A stretch of DNA of 49,189 nt, from sequence record DRR723986_5537, one strand, 5' to 3'. Below are positions 1 to 10,217 of the stretch, piece by piece; the first letter of the stretch is position 1, and each line of letters starts with the position of its first letter. Position numbers and translations under genes: made by a program. The notes under the pieces were generated by a model. The model had not been told where the DNA came from, did no database searches, and saw only the letters and a list, made by a program, of their open reading frames with translations.

Positions 1-191
1 CCCCATATTGCCGCATCGATTTGCAAATCGGGAGCCAGCCCGGGCGCTTCAGCAGCCAGTGTTCGGTGAGCTGCGACAATGACTTCGCTTGCCGCGCGCG
101 AATCGTCGGTTGTCAACTCATCGTGCCAATCCGGCACTACCGCGCGGCCATCGGCGAAAACGCCGCTTAGGAAACTTGCAAAGTTGGTCAT
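1..191 (-). CDS. Partial CDS (5' end; runs off left edge), probable bpX4-like component of a MoxR-vWA-beta-propeller ternary system
   Basis: Hand translation from ATG at 191 gives MTNFASFLSGVFADGRAVVPDWHDELTTDDSRAASEVIVAAHRTLAAEAPGLAPDLQIDAAIW, open to the window edge. The FLxxxFxxGRxxV...PGxAPxxxxxAAxW pattern resembles bpX4 N-termini as I recall them. Confidence 0.55.
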   Translation of the reverse strand, partial: MTNFASFLSGVFADGRAVVPDWHDELTTDDSRAASEVIVAAHRTLAAEAPGLAPDLQIDAAIW

Positions 192-455
192 CGATCGTCT
201 GTGGTTATGGCACTAAATCAAAGCCCCTCAGTTGTACAAGACATTTGACGCGACGTCGATCGATTCAGCGGTTGTCGCGCTAGAGTCAGAGTTTCAAGCT
301 GCGCGTTTGTTGACTGTGGACAACGCCACCGATTCGACCGGAAGACGCCTCGAATGAGTGTTGGTCCAAGCTCTGTTCGGTACGAAAGTGAGCCATATTC
401 TGCTCTCGCGAAGCCATCAGCGCGATCAATGGATCGCATGGGGGTAATGCACAGT

Positions 456-902
456 TTACGATGCGGCGGCCGTTTGGAACTTGCGAGCGTAGGCTTCAAC
501 GCCAGCTTGGATTTCTTGATCAGTGATTCCATAGCGTTTGAGGACGGCGACCATGGCTGCTCCCATTCGCACTGGAGCACCATATCGTTGTCCGCGGCGG
601 ACCGATTCCAGATTTACCGTCGGTGTTTCCACAGGAGCCTGCGCGGCTGTTGCCAAAGCAGCCGGTTCTGAGCCTTGGTGGTCAGCTATCGAGATCTTCT
701 TCAGGACTCGAATCCGTTTCTCATCCGACGTCGCATGCTTCTTGGCAGCAGGTCCTTTGACCGAATCTTCGCGGCTCGAATCATCGTTGTTGGGCTCACA
801 GTTGGGCTCATTGGCGAAGTCGAAGCAGAGCTGCTTGGCCTTGATCGTTCGCTCGAGCTTGGTAATTTCCGAGAGGGCTGGGACGAGGGCTGCGAGTTGC
901 AT
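456..902 (-). CDS. Hypothetical protein (low-complexity middle, helical C-terminus)
   Basis: Within ORF 456..959; ATG at 902 (MQLAALVP...) preferred. Fills the gap between neighbouring genes. Confidence 0.6.
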   Translation of the reverse strand: MQLAALVPALSEITKLERTIKAKQLCFDFANEPNCEPNNDDSSREDSVKGPAAKKHATSDEKRIRVLKKISIADHQGSEPAALATAAQAPVETPTVNLESVRRGQRYGAPVRMGAAMVAVLKRYGITDQEIQAGVEAYARKFQTAAAS

Positions 903-1301
903 GTGAGCTGCCTTATGACTGCATAAACAGGTGGAAATGGCCCTCCCTGGCCAACACATTCACAGTTTCGCAGCGGTCCGGACACCTTCGGTCACACACA
1001 TTCCAAACAAAGTCATCGCATCAAAATTTCTCCCGGCCACGCCGCCATTTGCCCTTCAAAGCACTGCCGCTGAAGCAAAAGAATGCCAACCATTGAAGTT
1101 TTCCGGAACCGGGAAATGAACTAGAAATTTTGGCTGACGGATAGTCAAATCCGTCTACTATATGTGTGGTAGCGTACATCCGAGCGTCTGTCCTTTTTCT
1201 GAAGCGTGAACGTGCAGGTCGGAGAGAAATCCAGTCCACCCCACTCGGCCCCAGCAAATGGTGCCGATTCGCGTGGACAGTTGCGCGGTGCGACGGATCC
1301 T

Positions 1302-2387
1302 ATGACGCCGAAGTTGGCTTTCGAGTTGCTTGCCCCCGAGGAGCTCTCCGAAGAGGATTTTGAGCACTGGGAGCTGATTCGCGGGTCGAGCAGTATTTAC
1401 CGAAGCCCATACTTCGGTCACCGATTCACGACCGCGGTCGCAAGCTGCCAGGACGATTGCTACGTCGCTATTGCTCGCTCTGAAGGGAAGTTGACGGCAG
1501 CTCTGCCGATCCAAGTTGGTCAAGGGCGACACGCGCGACCTGTTGGCTTGGGCATCAACGACGCTCACGGGATTATCAAACCGGAATCGCTTGAGTTGTC
1601 GGCAGTCGATCTCTGTCGAAATGTCGGACTATCGTCCTACACCTTTCACGCATCGCCCCCTGAGCTTCCCGATAGTGAGAAGTTCGCAACCGAGGAACAC
1701 CCTGCCTTCATTGCAGATTTCTCGATCTGCCCCGACGGTTACGAAGCGGATTTGCGATCGCGTAGCACGACGGTGGATCGACAAGATCAAAAGACTCGGC
1801 GACTTGCCCGCGAAGCCGGAGAGCTGCTTTTTGAATTCGACTGCCGAAGCACCGACATGTTAGAACGGTTGATTGACTGGAAACGACAGCAATATCAGCG
1901 AACACATACGTTTGACATTTTCAGCCAAGCGTGGATTCGAAAATTGTTGCGAACGCTCCACAAGTTAGATCGCGATGGAATGCACGGATTGCTGAGCGTT
2001 TTGTTCGCCGGCGAAACACCAGTTGCGATGCACTTCGGCTTGTACGAAAGCAACTTTTTGCACTACTGGTTCCCGGTTTTCGATCCTACGTACGGATATG
2101 GCTCTCCAGGAACTGAGTTGTTCTTGCAGGTCGTTCGCCAGTGTCAGCAGATCGGGGTGCACGCAATTGATTTCGGTTACGGTGAGCAGCCCTATAAACA
2201 CAAGCTGACCAATGCTCGCTACCAGATGAGCGGCGGTCTGGCTGACAAGAGTGTCGTGCGACGGACTGCATACCGATACAAGAATCAGGCTCGGCAGCTT
2301 GCCAAGAAAGCGCCGGGTAAAGGACAGCTTAAGCCCTTGTTTCGCGCCGTTCTACCGCGTTTCGGCGGAAGTGCATATGAGAACTGA
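1302..2387 (+). CDS. GNAT family N-acetyltransferase, CelD/BcsL (Acetyltransf_6) type
   Basis: ORF 1206..2387, probable start 1302. Motifs SPYFGHRF, LHYWFPVFDP..YGYGSPGTELF and IDFGYGEQPYK. Confidence 0.85.
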   Translation: MTPKLAFELLAPEELSEEDFEHWELIRGSSSIYRSPYFGHRFTTAVASCQDDCYVAIARSEGKLTAALPIQVGQGRHARPVGLGINDAHGIIKPESLELSAVDLCRNVGLSSYTFHASPPELPDSEKFATEEHPAFIADFSICPDGYEADLRSRSTTVDRQDQKTRRLAREAGELLFEFDCRSTDMLERLIDWKRQQYQRTHTFDIFSQAWIRKLLRTLHKLDRDGMHGLLSVLFAGETPVAMHFGLYESNFLHYWFPVFDPTYGYGSPGTELFLQVVRQCQQIGVHAIDFGYGEQPYKHKLTNARYQMSGGLADKSVVRRTAYRYKNQARQLAKKAPGKGQLKPLFRAVLPRFGGSAYEN

Positions 2388-2497
2388 TCAAAACCCCTCT
2401 CGGCAGTGACCGGACTCTCAGTGAAGAAAGTTGCACAAGCCGCTGCCGAGAAGAGGCACGCCCGATTCAACTGGATCGTGGCCATTCGAAAAACACT

Positions 2498-3034
2498 CTA
2501 ACGCAAACCTGCACCGCGGACACTCTGTCGTTGGTTTTGCTTGACACCATCACGACTTACTAGCGATAGCTTGCCTGCAGTTCCATCCTTGAGCAACCAT
2601 GCTGCTTGATTTATCGGATCTCTGCGGTTCACCAGGCGGATGAAGAGCTCGAGTTGTCCCTCGTCCGCCTTGCCCATAGAAAACACCTCGCCAGAGAAGC
2701 TCCCCAGTTTCGTTTGAAACTTAACCGGAGTGCCGATAGCTCCGCGGGCGGAAACTTTGAGATCCGATGCGTCAACTCGAACAAGCAGGTGCTTCAAAGG
2801 GGAGCGGTCGAGCAGTCGTTGGTTGTTCTCGGCGACGCTCTTTTCTGGATCGAAAATCACTGGAGGCGATGCCGCACGGTGAATGCTCGCCACAGCGGTA
2901 ATGCCAGGCAGTTGTTGGTCCGCGGCGGGGCGAGTCTCAACATTATCCGTTGCGGCAGCTTGGCCAGCCGTCGTTGTTGACACTGACGATACTGAAAGGA
3001 AACAAACCGCGATGCAAGTCGCACAAAATCTCAT
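2498..3034 (-). CDS. Secreted hypothetical protein
   Basis: 178 aa ORF with signal-peptide-like N-terminus; GGAG upstream of the ATG. Confidence 0.7.
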   Translation of the reverse strand: MRFCATCIAVCFLSVSSVSTTTAGQAAATDNVETRPAADQQLPGITAVASIHRAASPPVIFDPEKSVAENNQRLLDRSPLKHLLVRVDASDLKVSARGAIGTPVKFQTKLGSFSGEVFSMGKADEGQLELFIRLVNRRDPINQAAWLLKDGTAGKLSLVSRDGVKQNQRQSVRGAGLR

Positions 3035-3546
3035 GGTGTAGCTCCGGGGGGAAAATCTCGGCCATCTGAAACCTACGTCGATTTCCCTCGTGAGGAGACC
3101 AAATTTTTTGCGATTTCCCGATTGAGCTTCAATCTCTGCTCAATTCCCATGCTTCACTGCATCCAAAGCCGACCTCTGGCTCGCTTCCTGGTACTCCGGA
3201 AATCGTACGCATTTTGTCGAGCTAAGGCAAAGATGCACCTCGCAATTTGCCTTCGGCCCACTCGCGTGCGGGGGTTTTTATCTTAGACCTGCGGGGTTTA
3301 CCGTAGGGAAGGTCGCGTTGCTCCCCCTTAGACGCGATGGAAACCGGTTTCTTTAGGGGGTATGGGTAGGTTTCGGTAACTCACAACCAGCGCAATCGCG
3401 CACAACCGCTACTGGGGGGCTTTGCGAGAACAGTCACCTGGTGTTTTGCGTGCACGATTCCTCGTGGAGTGTCGAAATTTACCCCTATGCGGAAGTTGTT
3501 GCATTCCGCCAAAGCAAATGATCGCCCCGTCATTGAAGCCTACACC

Positions 3547-4200
3547 ATGAACCACCAAATTATGCGGCGTGAAGCCGTTGATACTGACGTCGTATACCTT
3601 GTTGACGATCGCCCAACTGACATGCTGATGATCCGTCGGTTGTGTGAGAGCGTCAACATCGAAGCCCGAGTCTTTCACAGCCCGATAACTTTCCTCGAAG
3701 AAGCTCCTCGCGATGCGACGGGCTGTCTAATCGTCGATCTGTTGATGCCAGAGATGAGCGGCCTTGAGCTCTTTGATCAGCTTAAACGCCGCCACATCGA
3801 ACTAACAACCGTCATCATTACTGGTTTCGCAGATGCGACCTCTTGTCGGACGGGCTTCCAAGCCGGTGTGTTCGACTTTATTGAGAAGGACTTTAGTCCC
3901 GAAGAATTGCTTAGCGTGATTCGGCAAGCACTGGATCACAATCGGACGACCGTCCGCGATCGCCAAATCCGTGATGCCCGCTGGAAACGAATCGAAGACC
4001 TAACGACTCGTGAAATGGATGTTGCCAAGCTGCTTAGCGAAGGCAACGTCTTGAAGGAGATCGGTGCCAAACTGAATATTTCAGTCCAAACGGCATCGAA
4101 GCATCGAAGTAGCATCTTCGACAAATTGGAAGTCAGCAACGAGGTGGAGCTGCACCAAACTTTTGCTGACTGCATGAATCTAATTGACCAGGCAATGTAG
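3547..4200 (+). CDS. FixJ/NarL-family response regulator (REC + LuxR HTH)
   Basis: YLVDD, CLIVDLLMPEMSG (phospho-Asp), IITG, DFIEK, then LTTREMDV...KEIGAKLNISVQTASKHRSSIFDKL. ATG 3547 preferred over GTG 3469. Confidence 0.92.
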   Translation: MNHQIMRREAVDTDVVYLVDDRPTDMLMIRRLCESVNIEARVFHSPITFLEEAPRDATGCLIVDLLMPEMSGLELFDQLKRRHIELTTVIITGFADATSCRTGFQAGVFDFIEKDFSPEELLSVIRQALDHNRTTVRDRQIRDARWKRIEDLTTREMDVAKLLSEGNVLKEIGAKLNISVQTASKHRSSIFDKLEVSNEVELHQTFADCMNLIDQAM

Positions 4201-4277
4201 CAAGAGTGATGTAACGCGGGCAAAGCAGCATCGATTGCTGCAGAGCTGATTACTTCACACTCGCCCGTCGCTGTTGG

Positions 4278-4314
4278 AATTAGCGTCCGTAGATAATTAG
4301 CGTCCGTAGATAAT
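4278..4314. repeat. 17-bp tandem duplication (aattagcgtccgtagat x2 + aat)
   Basis: Read directly; overlaps the stop codon of the 4297..4950 gene. Confidence 0.9.
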
Positions 4315-4950
4315 CGGTGCAGGTGTTGGCTGTCGACTCGGAAGCGTGTTTGACGGCAGAACACCTGACCGCCGCGGAGCAACAGGTCGTGCACCGCTGG
4401 CCGGTTGTACCGTTCCAGTAGGTGCCTTCTCTACGAGCTTCCAGCGCTTGCGACCAAGTGATTCGGACGATTGCCAGTCCAGTCCTGGCACAAACAGCAA
4501 GTTGCCAATTGCATCACCGTTAATCTTGGCACTTCCCCAAGTCGTCTCGACGCTGATGAATTTAAGGTCCGTTGCACCGGTGATTGAATCGCCGTTGAGC
4601 ATGACGACCGTCGTGCCGCTGTCATCGCCAGTTGGAAAACGAATCCCAGCGACTTCAGAAAGCGGCAATGAAGCCTCTCCGAATGCGGTGCGAATGTTCA
4701 GGCTCGTTGAGTCGAGCAACGTTCCAGTGATCAGTGACTTGTCAGTCAGGCTTGCTGAAACCGTCAGCGGTCGAGCCGAACGTTCAGCTCGCGCCACTCC
4801 AGGGGCATCCCCGACTGCTTGCTGAGGCACTTCGACATTCCCACTTGGTACTGCCTCTGCGATCGCCTCCTCTTGGGCAATTGCTGGGCCGGCACACAAA
4901 ATCAACATTGCCAAAACGAGGCCTCGCCCGGTCAGACGTTGGTAATTCAT
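4297..4950 (-). CDS. Secreted hypothetical protein
   Basis: Signal peptide ending AIA-Q; GGAGAG upstream of ATG 4950; internal repeated xLxNGDxITG-like units. Confidence 0.8.
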   Translation of the reverse strand: MNYQRLTGRGLVLAMLILCAGPAIAQEEAIAEAVPSGNVEVPQQAVGDAPGVARAERSARPLTVSASLTDKSLITGTLLDSTSLNIRTAFGEASLPLSEVAGIRFPTGDDSGTTVVMLNGDSITGATDLKFISVETTWGSAKINGDAIGNLLFVPGLDWQSSESLGRKRWKLVEKAPTGTVQPASGARPVAPRRSGVLPSNTLPSRQPTPAPIIYGR

Positions 4951-5220
4951 ACTTCTCTCCACGCCTCGCAATTGGGCGTTACTGGAAACGGGATCGACCT
5001 GCCATTGACCGACAGGCCGGAAACATTCCTGAATGTTCGGTAGAGAGCTCGCAGCTCATCGCCACCGCAGCTCAAACTTCAGAATAATTCCAACTGCCCA
5101 TCGTCCCAACAATTATCGCACTTTCCTAAGGGATTAACGCCGCGCGAGCCATCACAATCCGCACGATCGCACCCTTAGCAAATCAACAGTATCGATATTG
5201 AACGATTGTGTGCGTGCGGC

Positions 5221-6117
5221 TTAGAAACGTCGTGCTTCGGTTGGAGTGCCGGTACGAGTGGGTTGAGGGTTAATAATCTTGTGGATAGGGTCGCCCAATG
5301 CACCTGCACACGCGAGGTCTTGGCCGTGTGACTTCTGGATCCTTGCAAGCTCGGCACTTATGGGGACGCCAAAGCCATCGAATACGTCTGGCGAAAACGC
5401 CTTCAAAGCGACCTGCGCAAGCCGACTGTTTAGTCTTGCGCTGGCGGATCGCCGGTCTATCGACTCGTCATGGTGTAACCAGAGTTGCTGGCGTAGGTGG
5501 ACCAAGTGCCATCGCCTGCTTTCACCCACGTCGTCACCATCGGAGTGAATAGACTCATGAACCTGGGCAACGTCGATCGGATTGAACGCATATGCCTCTA
5601 CCGCATGATTGAATGGCAGGAAGGCCAAGAGTTGATCGCAGTAGCTTTCAAGCTGCTGTCGCAGGCGATTTAGTTTTGCAGCTTGATTGGCCGGAAGCCC
5701 TTGTCCGAAAACGAGCAAATGCAAGCACCGGTTGCGGGCTTCAGTGTGGCTTTGGAACGCAGTGTCGCTAAGCGACGTAAAATCGCTCGGCTCCTGCTCC
5801 GGCAGCGAAGCGTCCTGGCTCTCAAGTTCCACAAGCTTTCCGAAGTACGCCATAACCCTGGCCAGCGGCTCCGCTAGAAGTATTTCCTGAAGCAGCGGAT
5901 TGATCTTGTTCCAGCACTGCAGGCGGTGAGAGACACCTGGCCGCTGACTCTCGATTCGATGCCGTGCCAATTGACCACTCCATTGATCATGACGAAAACG
6001 GGTCGCCAGCCAGTAAGAGTTGGACAGTTCGCGGTTGGGAAATGTCGCCTGAGTAAGCTGGACGGTGGCATTCTGTGCAAAGATAGCCGCCATTTCCGCG
6101 AGATGTATTGCGTGCAT
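5221..6117 (-). CDS. Hypothetical protein (mostly helical)
   Basis: ORF 5221..6228; probable start at MHAIHLAEM (6117). Confidence 0.7.
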   Translation of the reverse strand: MHAIHLAEMAAIFAQNATVQLTQATFPNRELSNSYWLATRFRHDQWSGQLARHRIESQRPGVSHRLQCWNKINPLLQEILLAEPLARVMAYFGKLVELESQDASLPEQEPSDFTSLSDTAFQSHTEARNRCLHLLVFGQGLPANQAAKLNRLRQQLESYCDQLLAFLPFNHAVEAYAFNPIDVAQVHESIHSDGDDVGESRRWHLVHLRQQLWLHHDESIDRRSASARLNSRLAQVALKAFSPDVFDGFGVPISAELARIQKSHGQDLACAGALGDPIHKIINPQPTRTGTPTEARRF

Positions 6118-6575
6118 CGACCCGATTCCAAAGCAGTTTGATTCCAAGAACGTCGAACTGCTGGGGAGCATCGCAAATGGCAAGCCAAAGGAAATCACTA
6201 CGGGGCGGGCAGCTACATCGGCCGCCATAAGGTGCTTGGAGCTAGTGAGTTACGTCGCTCCGGCATATTGGCGATCGCTCTTGACATCGTTGAGTTGATG
6301 TTGACTTTAGGCAACACGCGTTTCGTCCTTGCACCTCAGACCGGTAATCGTTCCGCCGCGGGAGTGGCTGCTGCTCAGTGCTTCAGAAAGCCGATATTGC
6401 AGGGCCGATATGCGCCGTGAGTCAGGTGACTATAGTGGGATCAATGGCGGGAAATCACCCCAGTTTCACCATCCCCAATAAAGCCACACCAGTGAAAACA
6501 ATGCAGTTGCTCCGCATCCGCCCTCAATCCGGACTCAGCCTCAAGGAAGCTTCTCCCTTAAGTTGCTCTGATTCA

Positions 6576-8540
6576 ATGCACTGGAACAGCGCACGTAGCT
6601 TTGGAGCCGTCTTTCTTGCACTGACAATTCTTTCCTGCGCCGCTTCAGCGGAAGAGCCACGAGATGGGAATGGCACCGCCGAACCGATCGAATACAAGAT
6701 CAGCTTCGACCAGGCTTCAAACCACTACGTGCATGTTGAGATGACGCTGGAGAATGCGGCGGAAGACCAGGAAGTCTTCATGCCAGTCTGGACGCCGGGT
6801 TCATATCTAGTCCGCGAATACGCGCGGCACGTAGATTCAGTCGTAGCAACACGGCCAGATGGTGAATCGCTGCCAATCCGCAAGACTCAGAAGAATCGCT
6901 GGCAAGTCTCCTGTGCTGCGGGTGAGACAATTCGTGTTGCCTACCGAGTCTACTGCAACGAACTCACCGTGCGTACCAACTTTGTTGATGAACAGTTCGC
7001 GTTACTTAACGGTGCGGCTCTGTTTCTGACCACTCCCGAGCGCGTCGATTCCGAGCACATTGTGTCAGTTGTCCTTCCGGATCGATGGAATCAAAGCGTA
7101 ACTGCGCTGAAGCGTGATGTTACCAAGGGGCCGAACACATTTGTGGCTTCCGATCTAGACGAACTGGTCGACTCGCCCATCGTTGTCGGCAATCCGGCGG
7201 TGCACCCTTTTGATGTTGGTGGGACAGAGCATTACTTGGTCAACATTGGCGACAACAGTCTTTGGGCCGGAGAAGCTGCTGCGGCGGACGTTGCTAAGAT
7301 CGTTGAAGTGCACCAAAAAATGTGGGGCCTAACTCCTTACCGGAGATACTTCTTCCTCAATGTCATCGCCGAAAGTGGCGGCGGCTTAGAGCACGACAAC
7401 TCAACCGTCATGCTCACCAGCCGTTGGAGCTTTCGCGACCAGCGGCGTTACAAGAGCTGGTTGGGGTTGGTTAGTCACGAGTTCTTTCATACATGGAACG
7501 TCCGACGCCTCCGCCCTCAAGCCTTGGCGACGTACGACTATGCTCAGGAGAACTATTTTGATGAGCTTTGGGTTGCCGAGGGCGTAACCAGCTACTACGA
7601 CGACCTAGCCCTCGCTCGCGCGAAGATAACAGACTCACGCGAGTATCTCGCCGGGCTTTCGCGACAGATCAAGACGCTCCAAACAACGGAAGGGAGACTG
7701 AAGCAGTCGCTTGCGGAGTCTTCATTTGATGCTTGGATCAAACACTATCGGCCGAACGAAAATAGCCGGAATACGTCAATCAGCTACTACAACAAAGGGG
7801 CCGTAGTTGCGTTTCTGCTTGACATCGAGATTCGTCGGCGATCGGAGAACGAGTTATCGCTGGACGACGCAATGCGACGGCTCTACGAATTGTACGCGGA
7901 AAAAGACGGCTATACGACTTCCGACATTGTTCAACAACTTGAGCAGATGACCGATTCGAAATGGAAGCCATGGTTTGACGCGGCAATCTACTCGACAGAA
8001 GAACTTGACTACGCCCCGGCTCTTCAATGGCTGGGGTTGGCCTTCAACCACGAACTTAAGGCAAGCAAGCTCAAAGGCAAAGACAAGGAAGAGGATAAGG
8101 AAAAGACGCAGACTCCTGGAGAGATATGGACGGGCCTGACCACCAAGTCCGAGGATGGCAAGCTGCTGGTGTCTGCAGTTGCAGAGAATAGTCCTGCCTT
8201 CGATGCTGGCCTGAATGTTGACGACGAACTCATCGCAGTCAATCGATATCGGCTCTCAAGCAGCCTAACATCGCGGCTTGATCAGTTCGAAGACGACGGT
8301 GAAGTCGAACTCTTGGTCTCGCGTCGCGGTGCAGTGTTCAATGTTGCCTTCCCAATCGTGAAGCGAATTGAGAAGGATTGGAAGCTTGTCGTCGCCCCGG
8401 ATGCAACGGAAGAACAGAAAAGCAACTTGAACATGTGGCTGCAAATCGAATCCACGCCAGAAGAATTGGACAAGCTGTCAGAATCTTCTGAGCTAAAGAA
8501 GGCTCCGGAGCTTGAGTCGGGCGAGGGGGCAGACCAATAG
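6576..8540 (+). CDS. M61 family glycyl aminopeptidase with C-terminal PDZ domain
   Basis: MPVWTPGSYLVREYAR, GGGLEH, HEFFH zinc motif, LWVAEGVTSYY, SYYNKGA, PDZ-like SPAFDAGLNVDDELIAVN; signal peptide. ORF is open from 6378, so the start is uncertain. Confidence 0.93.
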   Translation: MHWNSARSFGAVFLALTILSCAASAEEPRDGNGTAEPIEYKISFDQASNHYVHVEMTLENAAEDQEVFMPVWTPGSYLVREYARHVDSVVATRPDGESLPIRKTQKNRWQVSCAAGETIRVAYRVYCNELTVRTNFVDEQFALLNGAALFLTTPERVDSEHIVSVVLPDRWNQSVTALKRDVTKGPNTFVASDLDELVDSPIVVGNPAVHPFDVGGTEHYLVNIGDNSLWAGEAAAADVAKIVEVHQKMWGLTPYRRYFFLNVIAESGGGLEHDNSTVMLTSRWSFRDQRRYKSWLGLVSHEFFHTWNVRRLRPQALATYDYAQENYFDELWVAEGVTSYYDDLALARAKITDSREYLAGLSRQIKTLQTTEGRLKQSLAESSFDAWIKHYRPNENSRNTSISYYNKGAVVAFLLDIEIRRRSENELSLDDAMRRLYELYAEKDGYTTSDIVQQLEQMTDSKWKPWFDAAIYSTEELDYAPALQWLGLAFNHELKASKLKGKDKEEDKEKTQTPGEIWTGLTTKSEDGKLLVSAVAENSPAFDAGLNVDDELIAVNRYRLSSSLTSRLDQFEDDGEVELLVSRRGAVFNVAFPIVKRIEKDWKLVVAPDATEEQKSNLNMWLQIESTPEELDKLSESSELKKAPELESGEGADQ

Positions 8541-8643
8541 GGATGCAGCATTGACGATAGTTAACTTTATGACCGTGCGTCTTCGCAAACGAGCCGCCGC
8601 AGTTGTACCGCGCAAGCTCGCTGCCACCGAGTACAACATAGCG

Positions 8644-10134
8644 TCATTCAGGATTCTCAGACGGTCCGTCTTCTAGCCCCGGTTCGCGGCGGGGAAGCCA
8701 TTGGTCGTAGTGGCCCGCTGACTGACTATCCCAGAATGGCGATGAACTCCAAGCAGGTTGGGAGGGCAAGTTGAACTCCCAGCGGCTGAGATCTGCGAGC
8801 ATCGCGTTTGCTCGATCAGGCGACTCGTTTGAAAGCTCGTTAGACTCACCAGCATCAGCAGCAACGTTGTACAGTTCCGGCATCCGGTGACTTAGGCGAA
8901 CGACTTTCTCATCACCGTCCAGCATAGCGGCCTGTCCTTGCAGTCGCCAATAGAGTCGCCTGGGGACTGAGCGTTCGGGGTTGGTCAGGATTGGCAGCAA
9001 GTTCATTCCATCGTACTCTCCCGCGAGCTTGATCATTCTGCGACGGTTCGATTTGTCTTGGTGAGACAATGGCGGATTGAGGGCTAGCGTCTCCGCTTTG
9101 GCGGCGGCCGCGAACGTCGGAAGCAGATCAAGAGCACTGACGACGCAGTCCGTTGTCTTGCCTCCGCCGATACGCGCCGGCCAAGACCAAATCATCGGCA
9201 CACGAATCCCCCCTTCTCGCAGACATCCCTTCACACCCCGTAGCGGTCCGTTCCAGCTTTGATTGTTCGTCGCCCCACCGTTGTCCGACAGAAAGACGCA
9301 TAGAGTATTCTCCCATTGACCGGTCTCTTCCAAGTGCGCTCGAATCCTGCCAATGCCGCGGTCTAGTGCAAACATCATCGCAGCATAAGTGCGACGTTTC
9401 GCGTCCTTAATATGCGCGAAATGCTTCAGGTCTTGCTCAGTTGCATGCATCGGTGTGTGCGGTGCATTGTATGAAGCAAACAAAAACCACGGCTTACTGG
9501 CTGAATCCTCCGCGTGACGCTGAATGAACCCAAGGCACTCATCAGTGAAGAAGTCCGTCAAATAGGGGCTCGAAAATTCAGCAACGGCCTGACCGTTTCG
9601 TTCGATGCTGTGCCCCTCGCCGGGGAAGTATGCGTGACTACCCTTGAGCATTCCGCAGAAGTAGTCGAATCCGCGATCATTTGGGTGAAAGCCGTCGCCA
9701 ATTCCAAGATGCCACTTCCCGACCAGACCAGTCGCATAGCCAGCCGCTGACAAGTGATCCGCTAGCGTATGTTCGTTGGCTGGCAATCCGAGTAGCTCCG
9801 GCCGACCTGTGTATCGCGGCGGCGCCTGATTCAAGTTGGCTTGGTAGCCGAACCGGCGAGGGTCGCGCCCGGTGAGCAGCCCAGCCCGCGACGGCGAACA
9901 GACAGCACTCGTAACATACGCCCTTGTGCACCGAACTCCATCCTCCGCCAGTGCATCCAAGTGAGGAGTCCGGAGAGTCTGGCTTCCCAAACAACCGGCG
10001 TCTGCATACCCCATATCGTCGGCCAGGATCAGAAAGATATTCGGCGGCTGAGCACGAGCAATGGAGGGAAAAAACGCCGCTAGCAAGAGGAGGCTGGCGG
10101 CTTCAAGACATTGGACCCATGAGCGTGCTGCCAT
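8644..10134 (-). CDS. Formylglycine-dependent sulfatase (arylsulfatase-like), secreted
   Basis: PNIFLILADDMGY, CSPSRAGLLTGR, GKWHLG, RGFD, SDNG, EGGIRVP; signal peptide. Start 10134 or 10173. Confidence 0.95.
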   Translation of the reverse strand: MAARSWVQCLEAASLLLLAAFFPSIARAQPPNIFLILADDMGYADAGCLGSQTLRTPHLDALAEDGVRCTRAYVTSAVCSPSRAGLLTGRDPRRFGYQANLNQAPPRYTGRPELLGLPANEHTLADHLSAAGYATGLVGKWHLGIGDGFHPNDRGFDYFCGMLKGSHAYFPGEGHSIERNGQAVAEFSSPYLTDFFTDECLGFIQRHAEDSASKPWFLFASYNAPHTPMHATEQDLKHFAHIKDAKRRTYAAMMFALDRGIGRIRAHLEETGQWENTLCVFLSDNGGATNNQSWNGPLRGVKGCLREGGIRVPMIWSWPARIGGGKTTDCVVSALDLLPTFAAAAKAETLALNPPLSHQDKSNRRRMIKLAGEYDGMNLLPILTNPERSVPRRLYWRLQGQAAMLDGDEKVVRLSHRMPELYNVAADAGESNELSNESPDRANAMLADLSRWEFNLPSQPAWSSSPFWDSQSAGHYDQWLPRREPGLEDGPSENPE

Positions 10135-10217
10135 GATACAAAATACCTTAGAACGAGAGCAGGGACGAGGCATGCGGTTGCGACGCGTCGGCAGTGTGCA
10201 GGAATGAACTCACGTTT

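Noticed and set aside
218-583. ORF 218..583(-) and overlapping plus-strand ORFs
   Set aside because: They overlap the better 456..902 gene and show no protein-like features.
1130-1165. Inverted repeat gacgga-N8-tccgtc upstream of the GNAT gene as an ECF promoter or operator
   Set aside because: Single short instance with unconvincing spacing; could be chance.
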